Shown in pieces: positions 1-10,182 of a DNA stretch of 64,000 bases. This stretch comes from an uncultured Flavobacteriaceae bacterium. Its GTDB lineage: Bacteria > Bacteroidota > Bacteroidia > Flavobacteriales > Flavobacteriaceae. The notes beneath the pieces were generated by a model. That model saw only the letters and a list, made by a program, of their open reading frames with translations. It was not told the DNA's origin and did not search any database. The number at the start of each line of letters is the position of its first letter. Positions within the stretch are counted from its first letter, which is position 1. Position numbers and translations under genes: made by a program. The stretch is taken from positions 1,824 to 65,823 of the forward strand of contig CALKFR010000024.1 of NCBI GenBank assembly GCA_938084555.1, read 5' to 3'.

Positions 1-860
1 GGGTTCCCCTTGGAAAAGTAAAAACAACAAAATTTAGTGATGGAGAATTTCAACCTGCTTTTGAAGAATCAGTTCGAGGTAGAAGGGTTTTTATTATTGG
101 ATCTACATTTCCCACAGCTGATAATTTAATGGAGATGTTATTAATGTTGGATGCTGCAAAAAGAGCTTCTGCAAGACACATTACTGCAGTAATGCCTTAT
201 TTTGGATGGGCTCGTCAAGATAGAAAGGATCAACCTAGAGTTGCCATTGGCGCTAAATTAGTTGCAAACTTATTACAAGCAGCAGGGGCAACACGAATTA
301 TGACTATGGATCTTCATGCAGATCAGATTCAAGGTTTTTTTGAGAAACCCGTAGATCATTTGTATGCCTCTACTATTTTTATGTCCTATATTAATGAGTT
401 GAAATTAGACAACTTAACTATTGCTTCACCTGATATGGGAGGATCTAAAAGAGCTTATGCTTATTCTAAATATTTGATGTCTGATGTTGTTATTTGTTAT
501 AAGCAAAGAAAAAAGGCAAATGTTATTGGGCATATGGAGCTTATTGGAGATGTTAAAGGTAAGAATGTGATTTTAGTAGACGACATGATAGATACTGGAG
601 GCACACTTGCAAGAGCGGCTAATTTAATGATGGATAGAGGGGCTTTAAGCGTAAGAGCAATATGTACTCATCCGATACTCTCAGGAGACGCCTATGACAA
701 GATTCAAAACTCTAAATTAACAGAGTTAATAGTATCTGATACCATTCCATTAAAGAGGCAGATTTCTAAAATAAAAGTTGTAACTTGCGCGCCCTTATTC
801 GCTGATGTTATGACAAAAGTTCAAGACAATACATCGATAAGTGACCAATTTTTAATGTAA
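1..860 (+). CDS. prs: ribose-phosphate pyrophosphokinase (5' truncated by window)
   Basis: Frame is open from base 3 (VPLGKVKTTKFSDGEFQPAFEESVRG...), so the true start lies upstream. Motifs YFGWARQDRK, DLHADQIQGFF, VDDMIDTGGT. Confidence 0.97.
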   Translation, partial: VPLGKVKTTKFSDGEFQPAFEESVRGRRVFIIGSTFPTADNLMEMLLMLDAAKRASARHITAVMPYFGWARQDRKDQPRVAIGAKLVANLLQAAGATRIMTMDLHADQIQGFFEKPVDHLYASTIFMSYINELKLDNLTIASPDMGGSKRAYAYSKYLMSDVVICYKQRKKANVIGHMELIGDVKGKNVILVDDMIDTGGTLARAANLMMDRGALSVRAICTHPILSGDAYDKIQNSKLTELIVSDTIPLKRQISKIKVVTCAPLFADVMTKVQDNTSISDQFLM

Positions 861-881
861 CTAAATTTTAAGTAAAAAGTA

Positions 882-1526
882 ATGAAATCAATTACAATCA
901 AAGGATCAAAAAGAGAAAGCGTGGGCAAAGTAGCAACTAAAGCCTTACGTAATGCTGGTATGGTTCCCTGCGTTATTTACGGAGGAGATAAACCAGTTCA
1001 TTTTTCTGCAGAAGAAAAATTATTCAAAAAACTGGTATATACTCCAAATGTATATACTGCAATGATTGAATTGGATGGTGAGAAAGTTTTAACCATCTTA
1101 CAAGATATCCAGTTTCATCCAGTAACAGATAGAATTTTACATATTGATTTTTATCAGTTATTTGATGACAAAGAAGTAGCAATGAACATTCCAGTAAAAT
1201 TAACAGGAACATCTCCAGGAGTTTTAAATGGAGGTTCTCTTCGTTTTACTAATCGTAAATTAAAAATCAAAGCACTTCCGGCAAAATTACCAGATTTTGT
1301 AAATGCAGATATATCAAAATTGAAAATAGGAAGCAAGTTATTCGTAACTGAATTATTCAATGATGATTACACATTTATGCACCCAGACAATACTGTGGTT
1401 GTTCAAGTTAGAACATCTCGTAATGCAGTGAATGAAGAAGAGGAAGCAGCAGCTGAAGCAGCAGAAGCAGCAGCAGCAGGTTCAGAAGCAGCAGCTGAAG
1501 CAACTACAGAAGCAGCAGCTGAATAA
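882..1526 (+). CDS. rplY: 50S ribosomal protein L25 / general stress protein Ctc
   Basis: [15 protein letters not shown] and [14 protein letters not shown] motifs, acidic Ala/Glu tail, classic prs-rplY-pth synteny. Confidence 0.97.
   Translation: MKSITIKGSKRESVGKVATKALRNAGMVPCVIYGGDKPVHFSAEEKLFKKLVYTPNVYTAMIELDGEKVLTILQDIQFHPVTDRILHIDFYQLFDDKEVAMNIPVKLTGTSPGVLNGGSLRFTNRKLKIKALPAKLPDFVNADISKLKIGSKLFVTELFNDDYTFMHPDNTVVVQVRTSRNAVNEEEEAAAEAAEAAAAGSEAAAEATTEAAAE
1434..1523 (+). repeat. low-complexity GAAGCAGCAGCT-type coding repeat (Glu/Ala tail of L25)
   Basis: Imperfect tandem copies of gaagcagca(gct) encoding [30 protein letters not shown]. Confidence 0.8.
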
Positions 1527-1561
1527 ATAATAGTATTTCATAATACACAGCAGTAAATTAT

Positions 1562-1592
1562 AAAAGCGTTACAAAAAGTGTAACGCTTTTTT
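1562..1592 (+). terminator. intrinsic terminator after rplY
   Basis: aaaagcgttaca-aaaag-tgtaacgctttt perfect stem followed by T-run. Confidence 0.9.
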
Positions 1593-1611
1593 ATTTTCTT
1601 ATTTTTACATA

Positions 1612-2232
1612 ATGAATGTCTTTAAATTCTTTGCTAAGAAACACATAGAGAGTAAACAAGAGGTAATGAAAAAATTTTTAATTGTTGGTCTTGGTAACAT
1701 TGGTGAAAAATATGCAAACACTCGTCATAATATAGGTTTTCAAATTTTAGACGCACTTGCTAAAAATCACGATGTTAGTTTTGAAACAGAAAAATTAGGA
1801 GATATAACTCGTTTTAGACATAAAGGGAGAGTCTTTATTTTAGTAAAGCCAAGTACGTATATGAATTTAAGTGGTAAGTCTGTGAAATACTGGATGACTC
1901 AGGAGAAAATTCCTTTAGAAAATTTATGTATTGTCACCGATGATGTTCATATAGATTTTGGCGCAATAAGAATTAAAATAAAAGGGAGTGCAGGAGGGCA
2001 CAATGGTCTTAAAGATATTCAAGAAAAATTAAATACTCAGCAATATAATAGATTTCGTTTTGGGATTGGTGGAAACTACCCAAGAGGAGGTCAAGCAAAT
2101 TTTGTTCTTGGTTCTTGGACAAAAGATGAAGAAAGCCAGCTTATAGAAAGAATTCCTATTGCCTTAAAAGCTATTTTATCTTTTGGAACAGATGGAATTA
2201 ATAATACGATGAATAGCTATAATGGGAAATGA
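1612..2232 (+). CDS. pth: peptidyl-tRNA hydrolase
   Basis: LIVGLGN, TRHNIGF, KPSTYMNLSG, GSAGGHNGLK motifs. Alternative start at 1666. Confidence 0.96.
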   Translation: MNVFKFFAKKHIESKQEVMKKFLIVGLGNIGEKYANTRHNIGFQILDALAKNHDVSFETEKLGDITRFRHKGRVFILVKPSTYMNLSGKSVKYWMTQEKIPLENLCIVTDDVHIDFGAIRIKIKGSAGGHNGLKDIQEKLNTQQYNRFRFGIGGNYPRGGQANFVLGSWTKDEESQLIERIPIALKAILSFGTDGINNTMNSYNGK

Positions 2233-2241
2233 TAAAAAATA

Positions 2242-2775
2242 TTATTTCCTTTCTAAGCTCAAATTAACATTAGCTCTAACGGTTAAATCTCCAACAACTT
2301 CCTCAACTTGTTGATTAAGGGTAAACGTAGTCTCATTAAAAACAATAACATTAAAAGTACCCTCTAGTAAACTTACATCTTGGGTAGAAAAAGTAATGGT
2401 ATTCTCCAATGTATTTAATGTATAAGATCCAGAAGCTGGTTCAAAAGTTACAATTTCAGTTTCTGTTATTGTATCTGATCCAACCGGGGTTATGGTACTT
2501 ACCACTCTATATTGCCCACCTGCAGAAAAAGTTCCATCAGCATTGATTACAACATCAACCTGAAAAGTGTCACCCACAAGACTAGCATTAGCAATAGTAA
2601 CGGGAACATTAGCAACTACAGTGCTTGTCTCTATATCTGAATTTAAAACAGTAATATCATAGTTTCCAGCTAAACTTTCATTTGATAAGATAAGTTCTGG
2701 CTCAGTAGAGTTATCTGCGCAGCTAAGTAGTGTTAAAGTAATAACTGCAAAAAATATATATTTAAGTTTATTCAT
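2242..2775 (-). CDS. hypothetical lipoprotein (possibly lipocalin-like beta protein)
   Basis: True start likely MNKLKYIFF at 2775: lipobox LLSC, beta-rich acidic body, TATATTTG promoter at 2790-2797. The ORF-track extension to 2937 overlaps queD. Confidence 0.75.
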   Translation of the reverse strand: MNKLKYIFFAVITLTLLSCADNSTEPELILSNESLAGNYDITVLNSDIETSTVVANVPVTIANASLVGDTFQVDVVINADGTFSAGGQYRVVSTITPVGSDTITETEIVTFEPASGSYTLNTLENTITFSTQDVSLLEGTFNVIVFNETTFTLNQQVEEVVGDLTVRANVNLSLERK

Positions 2776-2830
2776 AAAAATTAGTTTATCAAATATAATA
2801 GTAAAATGAAGATTTCTAACAATATAGGAA

Positions 2831-3280
2831 TTAATTTTCACTAGCAAACCATTCTGCAAAAGAGCTCTCAGTTTCTTGTAATTTAATAGAAAATAGAGAA
2901 ATATTTTCTGGTAGTCTTTTGCTAATTTTTTCTGCAAAGTCTATGACCATCATTTCTGTTGTAGGTTGGTAGTCTACTAATATTACATCATGGTCTCTTT
3001 TACTTAATAATGTTGCTAATTCCAAATGTGGGGTATTTTTATTAAAAACAGTAGCATGATCAAATTTATCTACAATTTCTTCTTTAACAATTTTTTTTAA
3101 ATCAGTAAAGTCAATAACCATTCCATATTTAACATGAGAGGTTTCAGTTATTGGAGTTCCTTGAACTGTTACAAAGAGTTTATAGCTGTGACCATGAATA
3201 TTTTTACATTTTCCGTCATAGCCATATAGTGCGTGACCTGTTTCAAAATCAAACTTTTTGGTAATTCTAATTATACTCAT
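2831..3280 (-). CDS. queD: 6-carboxy-5,6,7,8-tetrahydropterin synthase
   Basis: FETGHAL, CKNIHGHSY, PTTE motifs; start MSIIRITK. Confidence 0.92.
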   Translation of the reverse strand: MSIIRITKKFDFETGHALYGYDGKCKNIHGHSYKLFVTVQGTPITETSHVKYGMVIDFTDLKKIVKEEIVDKFDHATVFNKNTPHLELATLLSKRDHDVILVDYQPTTEMMVIDFAEKISKRLPENISLFSIKLQETESSFAEWFASEN

Positions 3281-3299
3281 GTATGTATTTTTTTCAAAA

Positions 3300-4634
3300 T
3301 TACTTCTTTTCAACCAAGGGTGAAAACTTTCTTTTAAATTTCAATAGTAAAGGTATTCCCCTTGCCAATATCCATAGTAAAAAAGTAAACCAAACCCCTG
3401 CTAACTTATAATTAAAAGTATCAAAAAACAATAACGATGGAATAAACACTAAAAGAGTAGATAGCAGCAAAAGGTTTCTCAAGAATTCTGTATATCCCAT
3501 TCCCTTAAACATTCCATCAAAAATAAAAGTAATTGCACAAATGGGTTGCATAATTAAGATGATCCAGAATACTTCATAAAAACGTTGAAGAACAGAAAGA
3601 TCTTGTATAAAGATTTGCCCAATAAATTCATAAAAGAGAAAGCCAATTCCCGCAAGAAAAATCCCTGCAAAAATCCCATATGATATTAATTTTTTTCCTA
3701 AGTTCAACAATGTATCATATTCTTGTGCTCCTAATAAGCGTCCTGACAAAATATTTCCTGCACTAGAATACCCATCGATGAAAAAAGCCCCAAACAGCCA
3801 TAATTGTATGCCAATTCCGTAGGCAGCAAGTTCGTTTGTCCCATAGCTAGTAGCGTTATAAACCGCCAATATTAACGCAACATTTAATGCAATAGTTCTT
3901 AAGAATAAATCAAAAACCATTTTTATGAGTCTAGGAACTTCTTTATTAAATGGGAATATTAGTTTTAAGCTAATGGATGTTTTTTTAAGAAGTAAATATC
4001 CCGCTACAATAGCCATTACTATCTGAGAGATAACACTTGCATACGCAGCACCTTCAACATTCATGGCAGGAATCCAACCCTCTATTCCATAAACTAAAAT
4101 CCAATCAAATAAAACATTTAAAATAGCACCCAGCAAAGCAATAAGCATAGGGTAAAGTGTATTTTGAAGCCCTCTAAAAGTTCCAAAAATTGTAAAAACA
4201 AACAATGTAAAAGGTAAGCCAAGAATTCGAATTTCATAATAATCTACAGCATATACTAATATTTGCTCTTTTGCCCCATAAAGGTTAAAAATATATTCAG
4301 CATATGGATAAGTAAAGAGAATTACAAGCATACTTAAGCTCACTATAATTAATATTGCTTGAGCGGGTAATGTTTTTACTTCGTCTAATTTATTAGCTCC
4401 TAAATAGTTAGAAATGATTGAAGAAACAGCACTTCTAGTTTGTGCAAAAACCCAAATTAACATAGATAGAAATGATCCTACAATGGCAATTGCACCAAGA
4501 CTCTCTTTTGCGTTAACATCTATATTGCCAATAATGGCTGTATCTGTTATGGAGATAAGTGGTTCTGCTATTCCAGCAATTAAGGCAGGAATTGCAAGTT
4601 GGTGAATTCGTTTAAAACTAATGTCTGTTTTCAA
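3300..4634 (-). CDS. MATE family efflux transporter (DinF-like)
   Basis: About 12 hydrophobic segments; PLISITDTAIIG, GTFRGLQNT, GAAYASVISQ. Confidence 0.9.
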   Translation of the reverse strand: MKTDISFKRIHQLAIPALIAGIAEPLISITDTAIIGNIDVNAKESLGAIAIVGSFLSMLIWVFAQTRSAVSSIISNYLGANKLDEVKTLPAQAILIIVSLSMLVILFTYPYAEYIFNLYGAKEQILVYAVDYYEIRILGLPFTLFVFTIFGTFRGLQNTLYPMLIALLGAILNVLFDWILVYGIEGWIPAMNVEGAAYASVISQIVMAIVAGYLLLKKTSISLKLIFPFNKEVPRLIKMVFDLFLRTIALNVALILAVYNATSYGTNELAAYGIGIQLWLFGAFFIDGYSSAGNILSGRLLGAQEYDTLLNLGKKLISYGIFAGIFLAGIGFLFYEFIGQIFIQDLSVLQRFYEVFWIILIMQPICAITFIFDGMFKGMGYTEFLRNLLLLSTLLVFIPSLLFFDTFNYKLAGVWFTFLLWILARGIPLLLKFKRKFSPLVEKK

Positions 4635-4702
4635 AAGATAAAATAGTCTAACACAAAGTTACAATTTGACAATGGAAGAAATTTAGATCATCCAAAAAAA
4701 TG

Positions 4703-4710
4703 TACCTTTG
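4703..4710 (+). promoter_or_regulatory. Bacteroidota -7 promoter element for usp gene
   Basis: TACCTTTG matches TAnnTTTG, 40 nt upstream of the ATG. Confidence 0.65.
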
Positions 4711-4750
4711 TTTTTAGAATAATTTTCCTACTTTAATTTAATTTCTAAGA

Positions 4751-5548
4751 ATGATGAAACATATTTTAGTTCCCATTGGCTCCAAAGAAAATGCTTCTAA
4801 CACCTTACAATACGCTATAGACTTTGCTAGAGAAGTAAAGGCTAAAGTTTTTGTGTTTAGAGCTTATAAAGTACATTCTAAAGCAGGGACATTTATTAAT
4901 ATAAACAATATTTTAGAAAGAGAAACTAATTTATACATTCAGGCCATAATAAGTGGTGTAGATACTCGTGGAGTAGATGTTAAAATCATTTCTGCTAAGG
5001 GAGCTACATTAGATAGTATTAATGCTGTTCATGAAGAATTAGGAATTGATTTAATAGTTGTTGGACCAAGAAGTAACTCAATTAAAGAGGAGGTTTTTTT
5101 AGGAAGTACATCAGGAAGTATAGTAAAGCAAACAGAAATTCCAGTGTTAATAGTTCCTGAAGAGTATAAATTTAGTCCATTTAAAGTAGCTTTAACTGCT
5201 TTTAAATCAGGAATTTTAAATCAACAAGGAGTTTTAACTCCGTTGGAAGAAATAAAAGGTGTTTTTAAAACTAAAATTAACTTATTATTGGTGAAAACTC
5301 CAGAATATAAAGAAGAAGATTTAGTTATAGATTCTTCGTTAAAAGCAATTCAAAACAATATTTCCACCTCAGAAAATGTAACTACTTTTCAAGGAGTTTT
5401 AGAACATTTTCAATCTAATAATCCAGATTTATTATGTGTTTTTAGACGTAAAAGAGGATTTTTTCAAAAATTGTGGGAGAAAAACACCATATTAAAATCT
5501 GAATTTCATTGCTCTATTCCATTATTAATTCTTAGTGGGAAACAATAA
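4751..5548 (+). CDS. universal stress protein (UspA family)
   Basis: MKHILVP start, DLIVVG...FLGSTSGSIVKQTEIPVLIVP signature. Confidence 0.92.
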   Translation: MMKHILVPIGSKENASNTLQYAIDFAREVKAKVFVFRAYKVHSKAGTFININNILERETNLYIQAIISGVDTRGVDVKIISAKGATLDSINAVHEELGIDLIVVGPRSNSIKEEVFLGSTSGSIVKQTEIPVLIVPEEYKFSPFKVALTAFKSGILNQQGVLTPLEEIKGVFKTKINLLLVKTPEYKEEDLVIDSSLKAIQNNISTSENVTTFQGVLEHFQSNNPDLLCVFRRKRGFFQKLWEKNTILKSEFHCSIPLLILSGKQ

Positions 5549-5554
5549 TTTTAT

Positions 5555-5628
5555 GGGGCATTAGCTCAGTTGGCTAGAGCGCTACGCTGGCAGCGTAGAG
5601 GTCATCGGTTCGAATCCGATATGCTCCA
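5555..5628 (+). tRNA. tRNA-Ala (GGC)
   Basis: Cloverleaf GGGGCAT...ATGCTCC-A with G3-U70; anticodon arm CTACG-CTGGCAG-CGTAG; GGTTCGAATCC T-loop. CCA not encoded. Confidence 0.97.
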
Positions 5629-5778
5629 CTTTTTTATAAATTTTAAATTATTACGGGTTTAGAAGACCTTAAAGGTTATTTCATACTAATAATAGGAGTA
5701 TGTTATCTACTATAATGTTTTGAAACAATTCTATTAAGGACAAATCAAATAAAAAATTAAAACTTGATAAATAAAGTT

Positions 5779-8532
5779 CTATGAATAAGATAGGGTGTTA
5801 GGCTCTTTAAAAGAAACCTCTGGATTGTATATTTCTTGTAAAAGAAGTGATATTTGATCCATAAAATCATCTAGTTTGTCTTTGGTTATGTTGTGCTCAG
5901 GATTTTTTATTTTTGATGAAAAATTAATTTTTAACAGCCCAGCATTTAAATTTTTAAAAGAAACAATTCCAGCGACCAAAGGTTGTTCCTTTACTAAAGA
6001 ATTATTTTGACAATATAGAAACGCATAGAATAAAACTTGAATGGCTTTACTATATTTAACATCTTTAATTTCTTCAAAATTTAGTACTTTTAAATCTCCA
6101 GGATTCACTTTTCCTGTCTTGTAGTCTATTATTCTTGTAACCCCATCAACTTCATCAATTCTATCTACAATACCTCTTATTTTAATAGGAAAGTCTATCC
6201 CAGGAACATTAATACAGGTTTCTAATTTTAATTCAGTACCTAAAATCTTTACATGATGTCCATCTTCCAATATTTGTTTTTCCATGGAAAGGAAACGTTT
6301 TACAAATCGATTTGAAACTTCAAATGCCAATCTATTTTTACCCGTGGTCACATCTCCATTTTTGAAGTGTTTAATAAAATACTTTGTCACCAATTTTTTG
6401 TAATCTTTAATCATTTGATCAAGATGACCATTTGTTAAAAATTTATTGACATAGGGCTTATATAGTTCATCTAAAGTGTCATGTATAACTGTACCCATTG
6501 TATTTGCAGCTATGGTTTCCTCTACTAAATCTAATTCACTTAGTTGTAGAATTTTTTGTTTATAAAATGCAATGGGATTATATAGATAATTTGTAATTGC
6601 AGAGGGAGAAATTCCATTCTTTGCTAATTCTTTCAAACGGTCTAAGATCTGTTTATTCTTTCTAACTTCAGGTTTTTCTTTTTTCTCTGTAATTACTTTG
6701 GGTGCGATTCGCTTAATAATTAAATCCGTTTTCATTAACTCTAATTGAGATATGAATCTACTTTTTTCTCCACTACCATAAGTATCATTTTCTGTATTGT
6801 AAAGAATATAGACATTTTTTGCTCTTTGGATTAGACGAAAAAAATGATAGGAATAAATAGCATCTTTTTCTTTATAGGTTGGCAATCCAAATTCAACTTT
6901 TATATCAAATGGGATAAATGAATTTTGTGAACTTCCGGAAGGAATTATATTTTCATTCACAGAGCTTATAATCACATTTTCAAAATCTAATACCCTAGTT
7001 TCTAACATTCCCATTAATTGCAAGCCATTCAAAGGCTCTCCTTGAAATGATAATTTTTCATTGCTGATAATTTGTCTGTAAAACTGATAAATCGTTTTTA
7101 TATTCTCAAAATAATTTTTTGAAGTGTTTAAATTTAGCAATTGGCTAAATGCATTATAAAAACGGTATAAATATTCTTTTTCTAAAACAGAGACATGATC
7201 TTTGGCCTGCTCAAGTAAGTTTAAAATTCTTATAATGAAGTCGTTTACAGAAATAAATGGCTTAAAAATAGACAGTAGAATTTCACTACTAGTATTTTCT
7301 AAAGAATTTAGATAAGAGGTAATAGTTGGAAGGTCTAAAAAAGATATATTTTTCTTAGCAATACCCTCTTGAACAGATGCGAGCACCTTTTGCCCCTCTG
7401 GACTTACAAATTGATAAATTACAGAGTTTTTAAAAAATCGTGTTACATCTTTATGATAAAATTCATTTGTTTTGGTTTTATGAAGTGTTGTTTGCGTAAT
7501 AAATAGTTGAAAAATTGCTGAAATTAATTGAGATGTTGGAACATTTTGTAAAGGATACCCCATGGTTATATTAATAGCATCTACATTTTCAGGAATGGAG
7601 TTTAAAGCTACTGATAATAAAGATTCATCACCTAAAACTAAGGCTGTGTTTTTATGATCTGAAATCTTTGTTAATATTTCTCCGGCATATTTTAATTGAG
7701 ATATATTTTTAGCAGCTCCAATGATTTCAATAATTTTCTTAGACCCAAAATGACTGCTAATTTTCTTAATAGTATTTTTTTCATAGAATTTCCAATCTTT
7801 TTTATACTTTCTAATAAAGTTTCCAGCGGCATGGTTACTGTCAAAAAAAACCTGATCAATATCCCAATAAACTTCAGACTGTCCGTTATCTAAAAATAAT
7901 TCAAATAGAGATTCTTCAGCTTTATTTAATGCATTAAACCCAATAAAAAAAAACTTTTTATGATTGTGTTTAATAATATATTCATCAGCCTTTTTTGTAG
8001 CTTCTCTATACATCAAGCCTTGGTATCCAATTTTATTATCTATTAGAAACGAATAGAATTTAGTATAGTAAGCCTCCAATCGCTCCATAAAAATTAAATG
8101 ATCCTTTATGAGTTTTGTTTCCTTAAACTCTCCTTTAACAGACCATTTTTTTAATCGCTGTATATCTCTTAAATAGGGGAAAATTGATTGAGGATTAACG
8201 AGGTACTGATCGATTTCATTAAAGTCTTGAAGTATTACAAAAGCCCAAGAAGAAAAGACATCAAATGAATCTGGATGTTCTTCTATTTCACAATAAATGG
8301 TATAAAAATGAAATAATAATTGAATGGTGTCAGCTTTAGATATTTCAGATATTTGACTAATAAAAGATTCAATAGTTAAAATTTCAGGTAAAAAACCAGA
8401 AACTATTTTATTTTTGAAGGTGTCTTTTACAAAAACTCCAGCTCTTTGAGATGGTAAGACAAAAACACAGTCTTCAAATGAGGCGTTGTTTATGAGAATA
8501 TCATCTATGGTTTCTGAAATAAAAGTTTGCAT
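5779..8532 (-). CDS. AddB/RecB-like PD-(D/E)XK nuclease with degenerate helicase N-terminus
   Basis: FVLPSQRAG, LQLMGMLETR, C-terminal IRGIVDRID...IIDYKTG...QVLFY RecB-family nuclease motifs. Confidence 0.88.
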   Translation of the reverse strand: MQTFISETIDDILINNASFEDCVFVLPSQRAGVFVKDTFKNKIVSGFLPEILTIESFISQISEISKADTIQLLFHFYTIYCEIEEHPDSFDVFSSWAFVILQDFNEIDQYLVNPQSIFPYLRDIQRLKKWSVKGEFKETKLIKDHLIFMERLEAYYTKFYSFLIDNKIGYQGLMYREATKKADEYIIKHNHKKFFFIGFNALNKAEESLFELFLDNGQSEVYWDIDQVFFDSNHAAGNFIRKYKKDWKFYEKNTIKKISSHFGSKKIIEIIGAAKNISQLKYAGEILTKISDHKNTALVLGDESLLSVALNSIPENVDAINITMGYPLQNVPTSQLISAIFQLFITQTTLHKTKTNEFYHKDVTRFFKNSVIYQFVSPEGQKVLASVQEGIAKKNISFLDLPTITSYLNSLENTSSEILLSIFKPFISVNDFIIRILNLLEQAKDHVSVLEKEYLYRFYNAFSQLLNLNTSKNYFENIKTIYQFYRQIISNEKLSFQGEPLNGLQLMGMLETRVLDFENVIISSVNENIIPSGSSQNSFIPFDIKVEFGLPTYKEKDAIYSYHFFRLIQRAKNVYILYNTENDTYGSGEKSRFISQLELMKTDLIIKRIAPKVITEKKEKPEVRKNKQILDRLKELAKNGISPSAITNYLYNPIAFYKQKILQLSELDLVEETIAANTMGTVIHDTLDELYKPYVNKFLTNGHLDQMIKDYKKLVTKYFIKHFKNGDVTTGKNRLAFEVSNRFVKRFLSMEKQILEDGHHVKILGTELKLETCINVPGIDFPIKIRGIVDRIDEVDGVTRIIDYKTGKVNPGDLKVLNFEEIKDVKYSKAIQVLFYAFLYCQNNSLVKEQPLVAGIVSFKNLNAGLLKINFSSKIKNPEHNITKDKLDDFMDQISLLLQEIYNPEVSFKEPNTLSYS

Positions 8533-8608
8533 CTATACTAAAGACTTTAGTAAAACAATGTACAAAATACTATTACTAAATTTATACATTTAATAAAAAA
8601 TTAATTCC

Positions 8609-9391
8609 ATGTGTAATGAGTTAAAAATTGTTGCGATACAAGCAAATTTAATTTGGGAGAATCCAAACGAAAACAGACGATACTTTGAGCAAAAGATTAT
8701 TCAGCTAGATTCAGATACCAATTTGATCGTGTTGCCTGAGATGTTTTCCACTGGCTTTACCATGAACCCTGTCACTGTGGCTGAAACTATGAACGGTACT
8801 ACCGTTTCATGGATGATCAACATGGCTAAGGCTCATGATATAGCGATTATTGGAAGTATTGTGATTCAGGAAAATCATCAGTACTATAACAGGGCTATTT
8901 TTGTTCATCCTTCTGGTGCTCTTGAAACTTACGATAAAAGACATTTATTCAGTTTGGCAGGAGAAGATAAACTCTATGCTTCAGGGATTAATAGGGTAGT
9001 TATTAATTTTAAAGGATGGAGAATTTGCCCGTTTATATGTTATGACTTGCGTTTTCCTGTATGGACTAGAAATACTAACAATTATGATTTATTATTATTT
9101 ATGGCAAACTGGCCAGTCACTAGAATCGATGCTTGGGATGCCTTATTAAAAGCCAGAGCAATTGAAAATATGAGCTACTGTATTGGTGTAAACAGAATTG
9201 GAAAGGATAAAAATGGGTACCAATATAATGGGCACACCTCTGCATATGATTTTTTAGGAGAAAAAGTTACTAGTACTCAAGAAAGTAAAGAAGATCTATT
9301 GTATTGTACAATCTCTAAAACTAAGTTGCAAGAGTTTAGACAAAAATTAAATTTCTTAAAGGATCAAGATTCATTCGAAATTCAAAAATAA
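8609..9391 (+). CDS. nitrilase-family amidohydrolase (omega-amidase YafV-like)
   Basis: Catalytic E-K-C in LPEMF, YDKRHLF, ICYDLRFP. Confidence 0.9.
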   Translation: MCNELKIVAIQANLIWENPNENRRYFEQKIIQLDSDTNLIVLPEMFSTGFTMNPVTVAETMNGTTVSWMINMAKAHDIAIIGSIVIQENHQYYNRAIFVHPSGALETYDKRHLFSLAGEDKLYASGINRVVINFKGWRICPFICYDLRFPVWTRNTNNYDLLLFMANWPVTRIDAWDALLKARAIENMSYCIGVNRIGKDKNGYQYNGHTSAYDFLGEKVTSTQESKEDLLYCTISKTKLQEFRQKLNFLKDQDSFEIQK

Positions 9392-9420
9392 AATATTCTT
9401 TGTAGACAGGTTTAACTATT

Positions 9421-10149
9421 TCACAAGTTGATTTTTGAAATAATAGTTGCCTCTGTTTTTTGTAGTAACTCATCTATGGGAAGTGTATCTATTTTAATAG
9501 GCTGATGTGTTTCAAGGGTAATTCTATTAAACATTCCAAGCGGGAATTTCCCATATTTAAACACTTTCCAGGAATCATTAATCGTTATAGGAACAATATA
9601 GGCTTCAGGATTATATTTAATCATCATTTTTAGTCCATTATAATGAAACTTTTTGGGTTTACCAGTTACACTTCTTGTTCCTTCAGGAAAAATTGTTGCA
9701 GACCAATTATTATCATGAATTCGTTGTCCAAACTCTTTTAATTCAGTTAACGCTTGTTTAGGGTCTTTCCTATTAATTAATGCAGCACCACCGTGTTTAA
9801 GGTTAAAAGATATGCTTGGGATTCCTTTTCCTAACTCTATTTTTGAAACAAACTTACTATGATATTTCCTTAGGTACCATATAATTGGTGGGATATCAAA
9901 TAGCCCTTGATGATTGGCTACAAAAATTATAGTGGTGTTTTCTGGAATGGGATGAGTTATTCTAAAACTCACGGTATTTCCTATAATAATTAATGATTTG
10001 GTTAATATCCAATTGAGGGTATCAACTACATTTTTATGCGATTGATAACCAATTTTTAATCCAATCCATTGTAAAGGATGAAAAATTAAAAGACTTAAAA
10101 AAAATACAATAGCAAAAATGGAAGAAAAAAAATAGCTTATTAATTTCAT
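9421..10149 (-). CDS. lysophospholipid acyltransferase (PlsC family)
   Basis: NHQGLFD (HX4D) and IFPEGTRS motifs. Confidence 0.9.
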   Translation of the reverse strand: MKLISYFFSSIFAIVFFLSLLIFHPLQWIGLKIGYQSHKNVVDTLNWILTKSLIIIGNTVSFRITHPIPENTTIIFVANHQGLFDIPPIIWYLRKYHSKFVSKIELGKGIPSISFNLKHGGAALINRKDPKQALTELKEFGQRIHDNNWSATIFPEGTRSVTGKPKKFHYNGLKMMIKYNPEAYIVPITINDSWKVFKYGKFPLGMFNRITLETHQPIKIDTLPIDELLQKTEATIISKINL

Positions 10150-10182
10150 TCTATGAATACAAAGTAAAAATAAAATAAGAAG

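Noticed and set aside
1434-1523. Ala/Glu repeat in L25 as a novel element
   Set aside because: Acidic low-complexity tails are normal for Ctc/TL5-type L25.
2776-2937. N-terminal extensions in the ORF track (also at 3313, 17299, 23789, 34428, 55937, 60147)
   Set aside because: They overlap neighbouring genes or promoter boxes; downstream ATGs give proper signal peptides or family N-termini.
5629-5778. Possible integration scar downstream of tRNA-Ala
   Set aside because: I saw no duplicate of the tRNA 3' end and no integrase fragment; it is only a 150-bp AT-rich spacer.
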